A DNA stretch of 47,018 nucleotides from a bacterium (GTDB taxonomy: Bacteria > JAHJDO01). Below, one piece after another: positions 19,332 to 26,594 of this stretch (positions are counted from its first letter, which is position 1; each line of letters opens with the position of its first letter). Made by a program: the position numbers and the translations under genes. Where the stretch lies: positions 1 to 47,018 of the forward strand of contig JAUWOV010000002.1 of the NCBI GenBank assembly GCA_030611945.1. Direction: 5' to 3'. The notes under the pieces were generated by a model that had not been told where the DNA came from, made no database searches, and saw only the letters and a list, made by a program, of their open reading frames with translations.

Positions 19332-19609
19332 TGCCTATCATGGAAATTAAAAACACAGTAGAAGTTGAAACTTACATGACGATCAATGGCTTGTCAGAAT
19401 ACATAAAACTCGCCACAGGCACTATATATAACAAGATTGCTCGCAATGAAATCCCCTACTTCAAAATTGGAGGCGCAGTCAGATTTAAAAAATCCGAGAT
19501 TGATAATTGGGTAAAAGTTTTGAGACCAAAAAATTTTAATCAAGAAAACAAACAAATGTCTATCGTTGATGATAGTAATCAACCAAAGGAGAAAGAATGC
19601 AAATATTAA
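19331..19609 (+). CDS. HTH_17 / excisionase-family DNA-binding protein (Xis- or Cro-like)
   Basis: Motif MTINGLSEYIKLATGTIYNKIARNEIPYFKIGGAVRFKKSEIDNWV. The track start is a TTG. ATG 19340 (near-leaderless) or ATG 19376 are more plausible starts. Confidence 0.65.
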   Translation: MPIMEIKNTVEVETYMTINGLSEYIKLATGTIYNKIARNEIPYFKIGGAVRFKKSEIDNWVKVLRPKNFNQENKQMSIVDDSNQPKEKECKY

Positions 19610-19710
19610 TAATTCTAAATATCATCATGTTGATTCTGAATACCGCAGTTTTTTTTACCACTATTTCCCTGATGCAAATCGTAATTCGAAAATACAGAGA
19701 ATTTAAATAA
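19597..19710 (+). CDS. 37-aa hydrophobic peptide (below the ORF-track cutoff)
   Basis: AAGGAG lies 5 nt upstream of the ATG. Product MQILIILNIIMLILNTAVFFTTISLMQIVIRKYREFK has one TM helix and a basic tail. Confidence 0.4.
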   Translation: MQILIILNIIMLILNTAVFFTTISLMQIVIRKYREFK

Positions 19711-19907
19711 TGGGAGCAGAAATAAAGACTATATTGTTGTTTTTCCAGATAAATTGTTTTGTCTTGCTTATTCAATACTTCATAACTGAAGTAATGCTCG
19801 CTCGCTATTATCGCATTATAGATAGCTCGTTAGAAATTTTAAAGAATCTGCCATTAAAGAGACGAAAATTTTTGGTCAAAAAATTAATGAAATCAAAGAA
19901 ACAATGA
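19710..19907 (+). CDS. possible 65-aa small protein
   Basis: The ATG overlaps the previous TAA (TAATG). Hydrophobic N-terminus and basic C-terminus. Weak evidence only. Confidence 0.25.
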   Translation: MGAEIKTILLFFQINCFVLLIQYFITEVMLARYYRIIDSSLEILKNLPLKRRKFLVKKLMKSKKQ

Positions 19908-20088
19908 GAGAAACAAGAGCTACAAATATTGCTATCCAAGATCGTGAAGAAGTTTTTTTGTTTTCTCTTTTTCTTATTCTTTCTAACTCTTGGGCAGCCG
20001 CAATATGTATTTCACTCCATTTTTCGTTTTTGTGCGTAATCCTAATTAATTCATCATCTTTCTTTTCAGAGATATCTATATTACCCAT
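19876..20088 (-). CDS. possible 70-aa tail-anchored membrane protein (internal start of track ORF 19876..20322)
   Basis: MGNIDISEKKDDELIRITHKNEKWSEIHIAAAQELERIRKRENKK plus a C-terminal TM helix looks protein-like. No clear SD. Confidence 0.3.
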   Translation of the reverse strand: MGNIDISEKKDDELIRITHKNEKWSEIHIAAAQELERIRKRENKKTSSRSWIAIFVALVSLIVSLISLIF

Positions 20089-20143
20089 ATTTATTATTTT
20101 ACCACAAAACAGCAACCAATCAAAAAAGGAGAATAAATAGGCT

Positions 20144-20344
20144 ATGAGCAATTTATCGTCTTCAAGTGCAGGACTCGGATTTACAGGACTGCTAACAATT
20201 GTGTTTATAACTTTAAAGCTGTTAGGAAAAATTAACTGGTCTTGGTGGTGGGTGTTATCACCACTCTGGATTGGTGCTGTCCTTTCTATTGTTCTGCTTG
20301 CGCTAATTCTTGGTATAGCCATTTTGACTACTAAAGAAAAGTGA
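20144..20344 (+). CDS. 66-aa two-TM membrane protein (TMEM185A / Fragile-X-F-like WSWWWV motif)
   Basis: AAGGAG lies upstream. Motif ITLKLLGKINWSWWWVLSPLWIG recalls small prophage membrane proteins of that family. Confidence 0.55.
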   Translation: MSNLSSSSAGLGFTGLLTIVFITLKLLGKINWSWWWVLSPLWIGAVLSIVLLALILGIAILTTKEK

Positions 20345-20354
20345 GGAATAGCTT

Positions 20355-20729
20355 ATGGACAATCTAATGACGATAGACGAATTATCGGAATACTCGCATA
20401 TACCAAAACTAACCATCTATGACTGGACTCATAAGAAAGAAAAGACAGGGATACCATTTTATAAACCAGACCATCCTTTTCGTAATTCCCATAATTATAT
20501 TTTTGAGCATCGTCTTGTGATTGAGAAGCAAATAGATAGATATCTACAAGCTGGAGAACCTGTTCATCACATCAATAAAATTAGAAATGATAATCGGCCA
20601 GAGAATCTAATGGCATTTATCAGCGATTCTGCGCATCAAAGATTTGAAAAAGGTGGAAAATATTCTCAAATAGAAATTATTTTTGATGGGAGAAAACAAA
20701 CAAACAAAATGGGAGGTGGAAAGAAATGA
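20355..20729 (+). CDS. HNH endonuclease with an N-terminal partial HTH_17 segment
   Basis: HNH module: DHPFRNSHNYIFEHRLVIEKQIDRYL..GEPVHHINKIRNDNRPENLMAF.SDSAH. The first 37 aa (MTIDELSEYSHIPKLTIYDW...GIPFYK) resemble the first half of an Xis-type HTH. Confidence 0.85.
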   Translation: MDNLMTIDELSEYSHIPKLTIYDWTHKKEKTGIPFYKPDHPFRNSHNYIFEHRLVIEKQIDRYLQAGEPVHHINKIRNDNRPENLMAFISDSAHQRFEKGGKYSQIEIIFDGRKQTNKMGGGKK

Positions 20730-20980
20730 TGGAAAGATTCGGACACTTAATAATCTGGCTGGTATTTAGCGGGATAGCAATCTGGATACCATTCAGAGCT
20801 ATGGCTAAAGGTCCCGGGAAAGAAAGCAAGGATCAGAGCGAAGAAATAAACAGTGAAATAAGAGAGGAAAGAGGAAATGAAGTGGAAAGAGATACTTACG
20901 AAGATGACTGCTTGAGAGAAGAACATGAGTATTTAGCCCGTGTTGACGAGCATATCTTGAGACAAAACGACCAAATATAA
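20726..20980 (+). CDS. 84-aa protein with an N-terminal TM helix and acidic tail, unknown function
   Basis: ATGA overlap with the upstream gene and coding-like composition. Confidence 0.45.
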   Translation: MMERFGHLIIWLVFSGIAIWIPFRAMAKGPGKESKDQSEEINSEIREERGNEVERDTYEDDCLREEHEYLARVDEHILRQNDQI

Positions 20981-21004
20981 TAATAACAAAAAAGGAGAAG
21001 GAGA

Positions 21005-21847
21005 ATGGGAAACGAAATCATGAAGGTAGAGCAAGGACAGGACACAGATATTATAGGTTCGGAGAAGGATATTGATTTCATCGTAGCGCAGGCAGAGAAA
21101 CAGATTGAGACATTGAAGAAAGTATTGGGTATAGCGATAAAAAGAACATCAGCATTGGATTGGATAGATCAAAGTGGCAAACCTTATTTAACAGCATCAG
21201 GAGCGGAAAAACTTATGCCATTATTTGGGGTGAGTGTTACAGGGACGAAATTAGAAAAACTTCAATCAGAAGATGATAAGGGTGGTTTGTATATCTATAA
21301 GGCAACGGGGGTATTTAGTTGGAAAGGTGGGAGTATTGAGGCACTTGGATCTTGCAGTTCCAGAGATAAATTCTTTGCGTATGACAGCAATTCAGGAGAA
21401 TTCAAAGCATTATCTCAGGTAGATGAGACGAACATTATGAAGGCTGCTTATTCCAATCTTATGGTCAGAGGCATAACTCAATTACTTGGCATTAGGAACT
21501 TAACTTGGGAACAACTAGGCGAATTTGGAGTTGATAAAGGCAAAGTTCAGAAAGTTGTTTATGGTAAAGGCAAAAAAGAAGCCACAGAAGACGAAAAGGT
21601 AAAGCAAGAAAAATTGAAGGACATGATATTGCAGATGGCTTACGGAAAGACTAAAGACGCAGCAACATATTTGGCAGCCATTACACAGTTTAAAGGCAGG
21701 GATGGCAAGATGGTTAAAGGTGTAGAAAGACCGGTCTTTCTCACAGGTCAACGATTAGCAATAGCATATTCTAAAGCAGAGAAAGATTATAAAGAATTTC
21801 AGCAGACTACAGGTGCGGGGCAGAAAGAAAAAGGAGAGGATAAATAA
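21005..21847 (+). CDS. 280-aa protein, possible single-strand annealing protein (Rad52/Sak-like)
   Basis: The segment WIDQSGKPYLTASGAEKLMPLFGVSV...GSCSSRDKF sits directly upstream of an exonuclease. The functional call rests on position and weak motif recall. Confidence 0.4.
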   Translation: MGNEIMKVEQGQDTDIIGSEKDIDFIVAQAEKQIETLKKVLGIAIKRTSALDWIDQSGKPYLTASGAEKLMPLFGVSVTGTKLEKLQSEDDKGGLYIYKATGVFSWKGGSIEALGSCSSRDKFFAYDSNSGEFKALSQVDETNIMKAAYSNLMVRGITQLLGIRNLTWEQLGEFGVDKGKVQKVVYGKGKKEATEDEKVKQEKLKDMILQMAYGKTKDAATYLAAITQFKGRDGKMVKGVERPVFLTGQRLAIAYSKAEKDYKEFQQTTGAGQKEKGEDK

Positions 21848-22827
21848 TGCTAAAAATAAAGGACTATAACGAACTAGGTGATGTGGTAAAGGGGAAGATA
21901 TTAGATGATGTAAAAAGCAGAATAAATATTTATCCATGTCATAGCAATAGAGCCAGCCAACTTTCCGACCCATGCCTGAGAAAATTGGTGTATTACAGAA
22001 CACGCTGGCAGGAAGCAGAACTGCATGACGTTGATTTGCAAAAGATTTTTGACGAAGGGAATTATCAAGAACAGATAGTTATCAGGGAATTAGCAGAAGC
22101 TGGGATTGCTTTAGAGCAGCAGCAGAGACCATTTGAATGGAAAGAATATCAAATCACTGGACACATTGATGGAATGTTGCCGGTAATCATTGAAGGTGGT
22201 AATGATTTTACAACAATCCCGGTTGAAATTAAGTCAATGTCTCCGAACATCTGGCGAAATATGCACAGCATAAAAGACCTTGAGAAATATCCTTGGACAG
22301 CAAAATATATTGGGCAGGTGGTTTTGTATATGTTAATGGGAAATGCTGAGCATAGCTTGCTTATACTGAAAAACAAGACAAGTGGTCAGTTTAAGATGTT
22401 TGTTATTAATCTTAATGATTGGCTTGATTTAAAAGAGGAATTACTCCAGAAAGCAGAGGCAATAAACAAGCATATCAAAGAGAATACATTGCCTGATTTT
22501 TGCGATGATCCTGAACACTGCCTAAGATGTCAATTCAGGCATATATGTCTACCTGACATGAAAGCAAGTCCGGGTGTTAATTTCATAGATAAACCTGAAC
22601 TTGAGGCAAAGTTAAAAAGGTTGGATGAGATAAAAGAATCGGTCAAAGAATTCAATCAGCTTGATAAAGAAGTCAAAGAGGAAATCAAAGAGCAAGAGAA
22701 TCTTTGTGTCGGTGATTACCTAATATCAGGCAAATGGATAGTGGTGAATAAGAAAGAGCAGCCGGCAAAAGAGGCAAGTTCTTATAAGTACTGGAAATCC
22801 AAGATAGTTAATTTAATCAAAAAATAG
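21847..22827 (+). CDS. Cas4-like PD-(D/E)XK exonuclease with a 4-Cys (Fe-S) cluster
   Basis: Motifs GHIDGML (D), VEIKS (ExK) and QVVLYM (QxxxY). One N-terminal Cys plus a C-terminal C-x2-C-x5-C (HCLRCQFRHIC). Confidence 0.8.
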   Translation: MLKIKDYNELGDVVKGKILDDVKSRINIYPCHSNRASQLSDPCLRKLVYYRTRWQEAELHDVDLQKIFDEGNYQEQIVIRELAEAGIALEQQQRPFEWKEYQITGHIDGMLPVIIEGGNDFTTIPVEIKSMSPNIWRNMHSIKDLEKYPWTAKYIGQVVLYMLMGNAEHSLLILKNKTSGQFKMFVINLNDWLDLKEELLQKAEAINKHIKENTLPDFCDDPEHCLRCQFRHICLPDMKASPGVNFIDKPELEAKLKRLDEIKESVKEFNQLDKEVKEEIKEQENLCVGDYLISGKWIVVNKKEQPAKEASSYKYWKSKIVNLIKK

Positions 22828-22839
22828 GAGGAAGGGGTT

Positions 22840-24111
22840 ATGAAGATAGTTGAGTTAAGAGCAGAGAATATCAAGAATTTGAAGGTTGTAGAGATCAAGC
22901 CAGATGGGGCAGCAGTTATTCTAACGGGCAAGAATGGCGCGGGGAAATCAGCGGTATTGGATTCAATATTTATGGCATTGACTGGGAAGAAAGTTGAGAA
23001 GCCGATTAGAGAAGGAGAGAACAGAGCAGAGGTTATTGTAGATTTGGGGAAATACCAGATCAAGAAAGTTTGGACAGACAAAGGGGAACGACTGGAAGTA
23101 ATGAATGAAGATGGGGCAAAGTATGGAAGTCCGCAAGCATTTTTGAATCAGATATTAGGGGAGTTATCCTTTGATCCATTAGCATTTAAGGACATGAAGG
23201 ATAAAGACCAAAGAGAGTTGTTATTAAAGGTATTAGGATTAGATTTTTCAGAGAGTGATGCGAAACGGCAGGAATTATATGATGAACGGACATTAAAAAA
23301 CAGAGAGGTCAAGAGTTTTGAAGCTAGGGTTGCAAGCATAGAAAAGCCAGAAGAGGGGCTGCCAGATAAGGAGATATCTATCAATGATGAGTTAAAGAAG
23401 GTGGAAAATCTACAGAATAAACAGAATGAACATATTAGATTTAAGAGCGAACAGGCAAGAATCCATGATGAGATTATTAATGCAAAGCAAAAAATAACAA
23501 AATGTGAAAATGAGATCAAGGAAATACAACAGCAAATTGAGAATTTTAGGAACGATATTGAATTTAATAAAAAGCAGTTAACAGAATCGACAAAAGAACC
23601 TGTGAACATAACTGATGAGCAGATCAGTGAAGCAAGACTAAAGATTGAGGGCATTGAGAGAGTAAATGCAAATATCAGGGAAGGGATTAAATATAGAGAC
23701 ATTAAAAAACAGCTAAATGAGGCAATCCTGGCGGTAAAAAAGATTACAGAGGGAATAGACAGGATTGATAGTGAAAAAGCAAGTAAAGTGAAATCTTGCA
23801 AGTTTCCTGTGGCAGGCTTAGGGGTAGATGATGAGACAGTATTGTTAGATAGGATACCATTCAGCCAAATATCAACAGGACAGCAGGTAAAAGTATCAAC
23901 AGCGATTGCAATGGCATTGAATCCAAAGTTGAAAATTATCTTAGTTAGAGAAGGATCATTATTAGATGAGGTGGGATTGAAGGAAATTGTAGAGATGGCA
24001 AAGAAAGAAGACTATCAAATGTGGATTGAGAAGGTTGATGACAAGGGAAAGATTGGTATCCATATTGAAGACGGGAGTATTTCAGCAGTTAGTGGAAAGA
24101 ATAAAAAATGA
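22840..24111 (+). CDS. Rad50/SbcC/RecF-like ABC-type ATPase with a central coiled coil
   Basis: N-terminal Walker A LTGKNGAGKSAVLDSI, about 200 aa of coiled coil, the signature-like ISTGQQ, and Walker B-like ILVREGSLLDE. Confidence 0.8.
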   Translation: MKIVELRAENIKNLKVVEIKPDGAAVILTGKNGAGKSAVLDSIFMALTGKKVEKPIREGENRAEVIVDLGKYQIKKVWTDKGERLEVMNEDGAKYGSPQAFLNQILGELSFDPLAFKDMKDKDQRELLLKVLGLDFSESDAKRQELYDERTLKNREVKSFEARVASIEKPEEGLPDKEISINDELKKVENLQNKQNEHIRFKSEQARIHDEIINAKQKITKCENEIKEIQQQIENFRNDIEFNKKQLTESTKEPVNITDEQISEARLKIEGIERVNANIREGIKYRDIKKQLNEAILAVKKITEGIDRIDSEKASKVKSCKFPVAGLGVDDETVLLDRIPFSQISTGQQVKVSTAIAMALNPKLKIILVREGSLLDEVGLKEIVEMAKKEDYQMWIEKVDDKGKIGIHIEDGSISAVSGKNKK

Positions 24112-24578
24112 AACTGGCAACTGCCAAGACAATAGCGCGTGATTTTATAAGCCAAATTCAACCTTTTTGTTCGAGGGCTGAAATCGCAGGATCCGTGAGG
24201 AGAGGAAAGTCAGAAGTTCACGACATAGAGATCTGCGCAATACCAAAAGCCTTGTTTGGATTAAAGACTGTTATGGATCGGCAGAATTATATCAAGGGAA
24301 AATTTCCCTCAAGATATTCTCAAATTAAATTTCAATGCGAGAAGATAGACATCTTCTGGTGTTGCCGGGAGAACTGGGGAAACATTTATTTAATTCGTAC
24401 CGGTCCCTGGGAATTCAGCAAATGGATCATGGGAATTAAAACCAGAAAGGCCGGACTAATACAAAGGGATGGCTATCTTTGGAGAGGCAATGAAAGGTTA
24501 ATATGCTACGAAGAATCCGATGTCTTTAGCCGGTTAGGAATGGATTACATAGAGCCAAAGAATAGGAATGGGAAATGA
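24108..24578 (+). CDS. minimal family-X (Pol beta-like) nucleotidyltransferase, palm plus thumb only
   Basis: 156 aa. GSVRRGKSEVHDIEI corresponds to Pol beta GSFRRGAESSGDMDV. EKIDIFW corresponds to RIDIRL. YLIRTGPWEFSKWIM corresponds to LYFTGSDIFNKNMR. The C-terminal EESDVFSRLGMDYIEPKNR corresponds to E.DIF..LG..Y.EP..R. Confidence 0.75.
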   Translation: MKLATAKTIARDFISQIQPFCSRAEIAGSVRRGKSEVHDIEICAIPKALFGLKTVMDRQNYIKGKFPSRYSQIKFQCEKIDIFWCCRENWGNIYLIRTGPWEFSKWIMGIKTRKAGLIQRDGYLWRGNERLICYEESDVFSRLGMDYIEPKNRNGK

Positions 24579-24985
24579 AGCTAACTCAATGCGATATGTT
24601 ACTAAAAGTCCTTGAGGATGGGAATCCGCACACGCAGTTTGGGATTCTCGAGGAAATAAAAAATAGATTTTATAACCCAGAAGCCGACTTGTCTTTCTGG
24701 TCTGTTGCTGCCCGCGCTTGGGATTTAGTAAAACCAAAAGGCAAATACAAGCTGAATATTAAAAGTGGACCGCCTGCGAAATTTGGCAAGAAACGCATAG
24801 GTTCAGAGCATTATTATCAGCTTATAAAGCCAGAAGATGAAAGATCACAAACATTCACGGACGTGGGAAGTAGCATTATTTATGATTTACCAGATAATAA
24901 ATTAAGAGAAAAAATAAGGGCAACAAAGAAGCCAACATCACCTTTCGCTTTTAATGTAAAGGGACAGGGGGAGTTGTTCGCATGA
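24575..24985 (+). CDS. 136-aa hypothetical protein
   Basis: ATGA-coupled to the PolX-like gene. No domain recognised. Confidence 0.5.
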   Translation: MKLTQCDMLLKVLEDGNPHTQFGILEEIKNRFYNPEADLSFWSVAARAWDLVKPKGKYKLNIKSGPPAKFGKKRIGSEHYYQLIKPEDERSQTFTDVGSSIIYDLPDNKLREKIRATKKPTSPFAFNVKGQGELFA

Positions 24986-25149
24986 GAAAAATTGAGGAGA
25001 AAGGGAAATATAACATCGGGGACCATATCACAACTAAAAATGGCAAGCTGGTTATTGCTAATGATAAGAAGCGGTTAATTGCATATGCAGAAAAAGAAAT
25101 AAAAGAATGGCAGAAATTTCTTGAGAATTTAAAAAAGGGCAAGATATGA
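24982..25149 (+). CDS. 55-aa hypothetical protein (below the track cutoff)
   Basis: ATGA overlaps at both ends (24982-24985 and 25146-25149). Product MRKIEEKGKYNIGDHITTKNGKLVIANDKK... Confidence 0.45.
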   Translation: MRKIEEKGKYNIGDHITTKNGKLVIANDKKRLIAYAEKEIKEWQKFLENLKKGKI

Positions 25150-25376
25150 AAACCACAATAAAACATACATTCTTTTTAAACGGGAATGAAATCCCAGAGA
25201 GCCCGGGAAATGGGACTAAATGCTATCGTTGCGAGCAAGATATCGGTCAGGATGATAAATGCGCCAAAATAGCGACTCTCATCGCCAAAAAAGATGACGA
25301 ATTGATCATCCATTGGCATTGGTTTTGCGGGGAGTGTGCCGGGAAATTTAAAAGTCTGGTGGAGGAAAATAAGTAA
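25146..25376 (+). CDS. 76-aa zinc-ribbon-like protein
   Basis: CYRC...CGEC gives two CxxC pairs. Confidence 0.5.
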   Translation: MKTTIKHTFFLNGNEIPESPGNGTKCYRCEQDIGQDDKCAKIATLIAKKDDELIIHWHWFCGECAGKFKSLVEENK

Positions 25377-25387
25377 TGAAAAACATT

Positions 25388-25447
25388 GCAGGCAGTCATT
25401 TGCTCGTCAAGAGCCGCAAAGGCATCACCTCCTTTCGGGCTGCCTGC
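25388..25447 (+). promoter_or_regulatory. 60-nt stem-loop just upstream of the replication-initiator start
   Basis: GCAGGCAG (25388-25395) pairs with CTGCCTGC (25440-25447), extendable by two A-T pairs. There is an inner CCG.AAAGG/CCTTTCGG helix and no U-tract. Confidence 0.4.
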
Positions 25448-25470
25448 AAAATTATGAGAGGAGCGAGGTA

Positions 25471-26280
25471 ATGGCAAGTCCACAAAAAGAAAACGGACAC
25501 ATTAATATTGCCAATGAGATTGCAGAGGCACTTATGAGAATACATTTATCTGGATACGAGAATAGAGTTTTGTGGGCTATCTTTAGAAAAACTTACGGTT
25601 GGAATAAGGCAGAAGATTGGATAACTAACTCTCAAATAGCAAAAATGACTAATGTAGCAGAAAGCCATGTTAGTAGAACTATAAAGATATTAATTCAGAA
25701 AAAAATAGTTACCAAAAATGGTAAGAAATTGGGTTTCCAAAAAGACTATGACCAATGGGGAAAGTTACCAAAATTGGTAAGAAATAAACAAGAAGTTACC
25801 AAAAATGGTAAGTGTGAAGCGCCTATCGCTTTAAGAGAAAAAGTTACCAAAAATGGTAAGTGCAAAAAGTTACCAATTCGGGATATAAAGTTACCAAAAT
25901 TGGTAAATGAAGTTACCAAAAATGGTATAAAAAAGTTACCAAAATTGGTAGACACAAAAGACAATAAAGACACTACTACAAAAGACACTATACAAAAGAA
26001 AGAAAATTACCCTTTTTTAAAAGACAAAAATTTCTCAAAAACATTCCAAGATTATCTTGATATGAGAAAGGCAAATGGCAAAAAAACAACTAATAGAGCG
26101 ATAGAACTTAGGCTTAAAGACCTGCATACATACGACATAAAGATAGCAATAGCCATGCTGGAGCAATCTATTATGAATTCATGGCAAGGAGTTTTCCCAT
26201 TGAAGCCTAATTATAAACAGCCACAGCAAACCAAATTACAAAAAGACCTGCATAAAATAGCAGAATTTGGAAGGGAGTAG
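25471..26280 (+). CDS. replication initiator, lambda O-like (phage_rep_O N-terminal domain)
   Basis: MASPQKENGHINIANEIAEALMRIHLSGYENRVLWAIFRKTYGWNK...ITNSQIAKMTNVAESHVSRTIKILI matches the Rep-O winged-helix pattern. GAGGAG lies before ATG 25471. The track start at 25336 overlaps the previous ORFs and is rejected. Confidence 0.75.
   Translation: MASPQKENGHINIANEIAEALMRIHLSGYENRVLWAIFRKTYGWNKAEDWITNSQIAKMTNVAESHVSRTIKILIQKKIVTKNGKKLGFQKDYDQWGKLPKLVRNKQEVTKNGKCEAPIALREKVTKNGKCKKLPIRDIKLPKLVNEVTKNGIKKLPKLVDTKDNKDTTTKDTIQKKENYPFLKDKNFSKTFQDYLDMRKANGKKTTNRAIELRLKDLHTYDIKIAIAMLEQSIMNSWQGVFPLKPNYKQPQQTKLQKDLHKIAEFGRE
25707..25952 (+). repeat. iteron array (candidate phage origin) inside the initiator gene
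   Basis: AGTTACCAAAA(A/T)TGGTA occurs at 25707, 25763, 25794, 25842, 25889, 25911 and 25934, with a half-site at 25868. Each copy is an internal palindrome, TTACCA-N4-TGGTAA or TTACCAA-AA-TTGGTAA. It is followed by A-rich ACAAAAGA(C/A) repeats at 25954, 25978 and 25992. Confidence 0.8.
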
Positions 26281-26282
26281 TT

Positions 26283-26594
26283 ATGCAAAAGAAGACTTTT
26301 TCTTTAGGGCTGATGTTCTTAAGATCGGCGCAAATGAAGAATACACCGGAATTTGAAAATGAGCAATTAGAAGTCTGGTGGTTTTCGTTAAAGGATCTGG
26401 ACGGAGAGAATTATTTGCACACCTGTAGGGAGCTAATAAAAGTCGAAAGTTGGTTTCCTGCAATCGCAGATATTAGAAAATTAGCAAAGCATCCTGATGA
26501 TCCTATATTAGCTGCGGCCAATAGGCGGCTGGCAAAATTAAAAATTACACAACAACCAAAGGAGATAAACGATGGAAAACAGGATGGGATTTGA
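26283..26594 (+). CDS. 103-aa protein, possibly a G39P-like helicase loader
   Basis: The pattern EVWWFSLKDLDGENYLHTCRELIKVESWFPAIADIR resembles the G39P family, and the gene sits directly after the initiator. Weak call. Confidence 0.4.
   Translation: MQKKTFSLGLMFLRSAQMKNTPEFENEQLEVWWFSLKDLDGENYLHTCRELIKVESWFPAIADIRKLAKHPDDPILAAANRRLAKLKITQQPKEINDGKQDGI

Noticed and set aside
19876-20322. Full-length 148-aa minus-strand ORF
   Set aside because: Its N-terminal half is antisense to the better-supported 66-aa membrane protein (strong SD, recognisable motif). Only the C-terminal 70 codons are kept, as a low-confidence call.
23148-23801. 217-aa minus-strand ORF inside the ATPase gene
   Set aside because: It is a low-complexity Ser/Phe/Leu-rich antisense shadow of the Lys/Glu-rich coiled-coil coding region. 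The same reasoning applies to the other antisense track ORFs in valS, coaBC, the capsid gene and the 915-aa gene.
25336-25470. Upstream extension of the initiator ORF (track start 25336)
   Set aside because: It overlaps the zinc-ribbon ORF and the coupled 31-codon ORF. The conserved Rep-O N-terminus begins at MASPQ, after a good SD at 25471.
25707-25952. Regularly repeated 17-19-bp palindromic units that could be mistaken for a mini-CRISPR array
   Set aside because: The repeats are too short and the spacers are irregular (4-39 bp). The array lies in frame inside a replication-initiator gene and no cas genes are present. Iterons are the better explanation.
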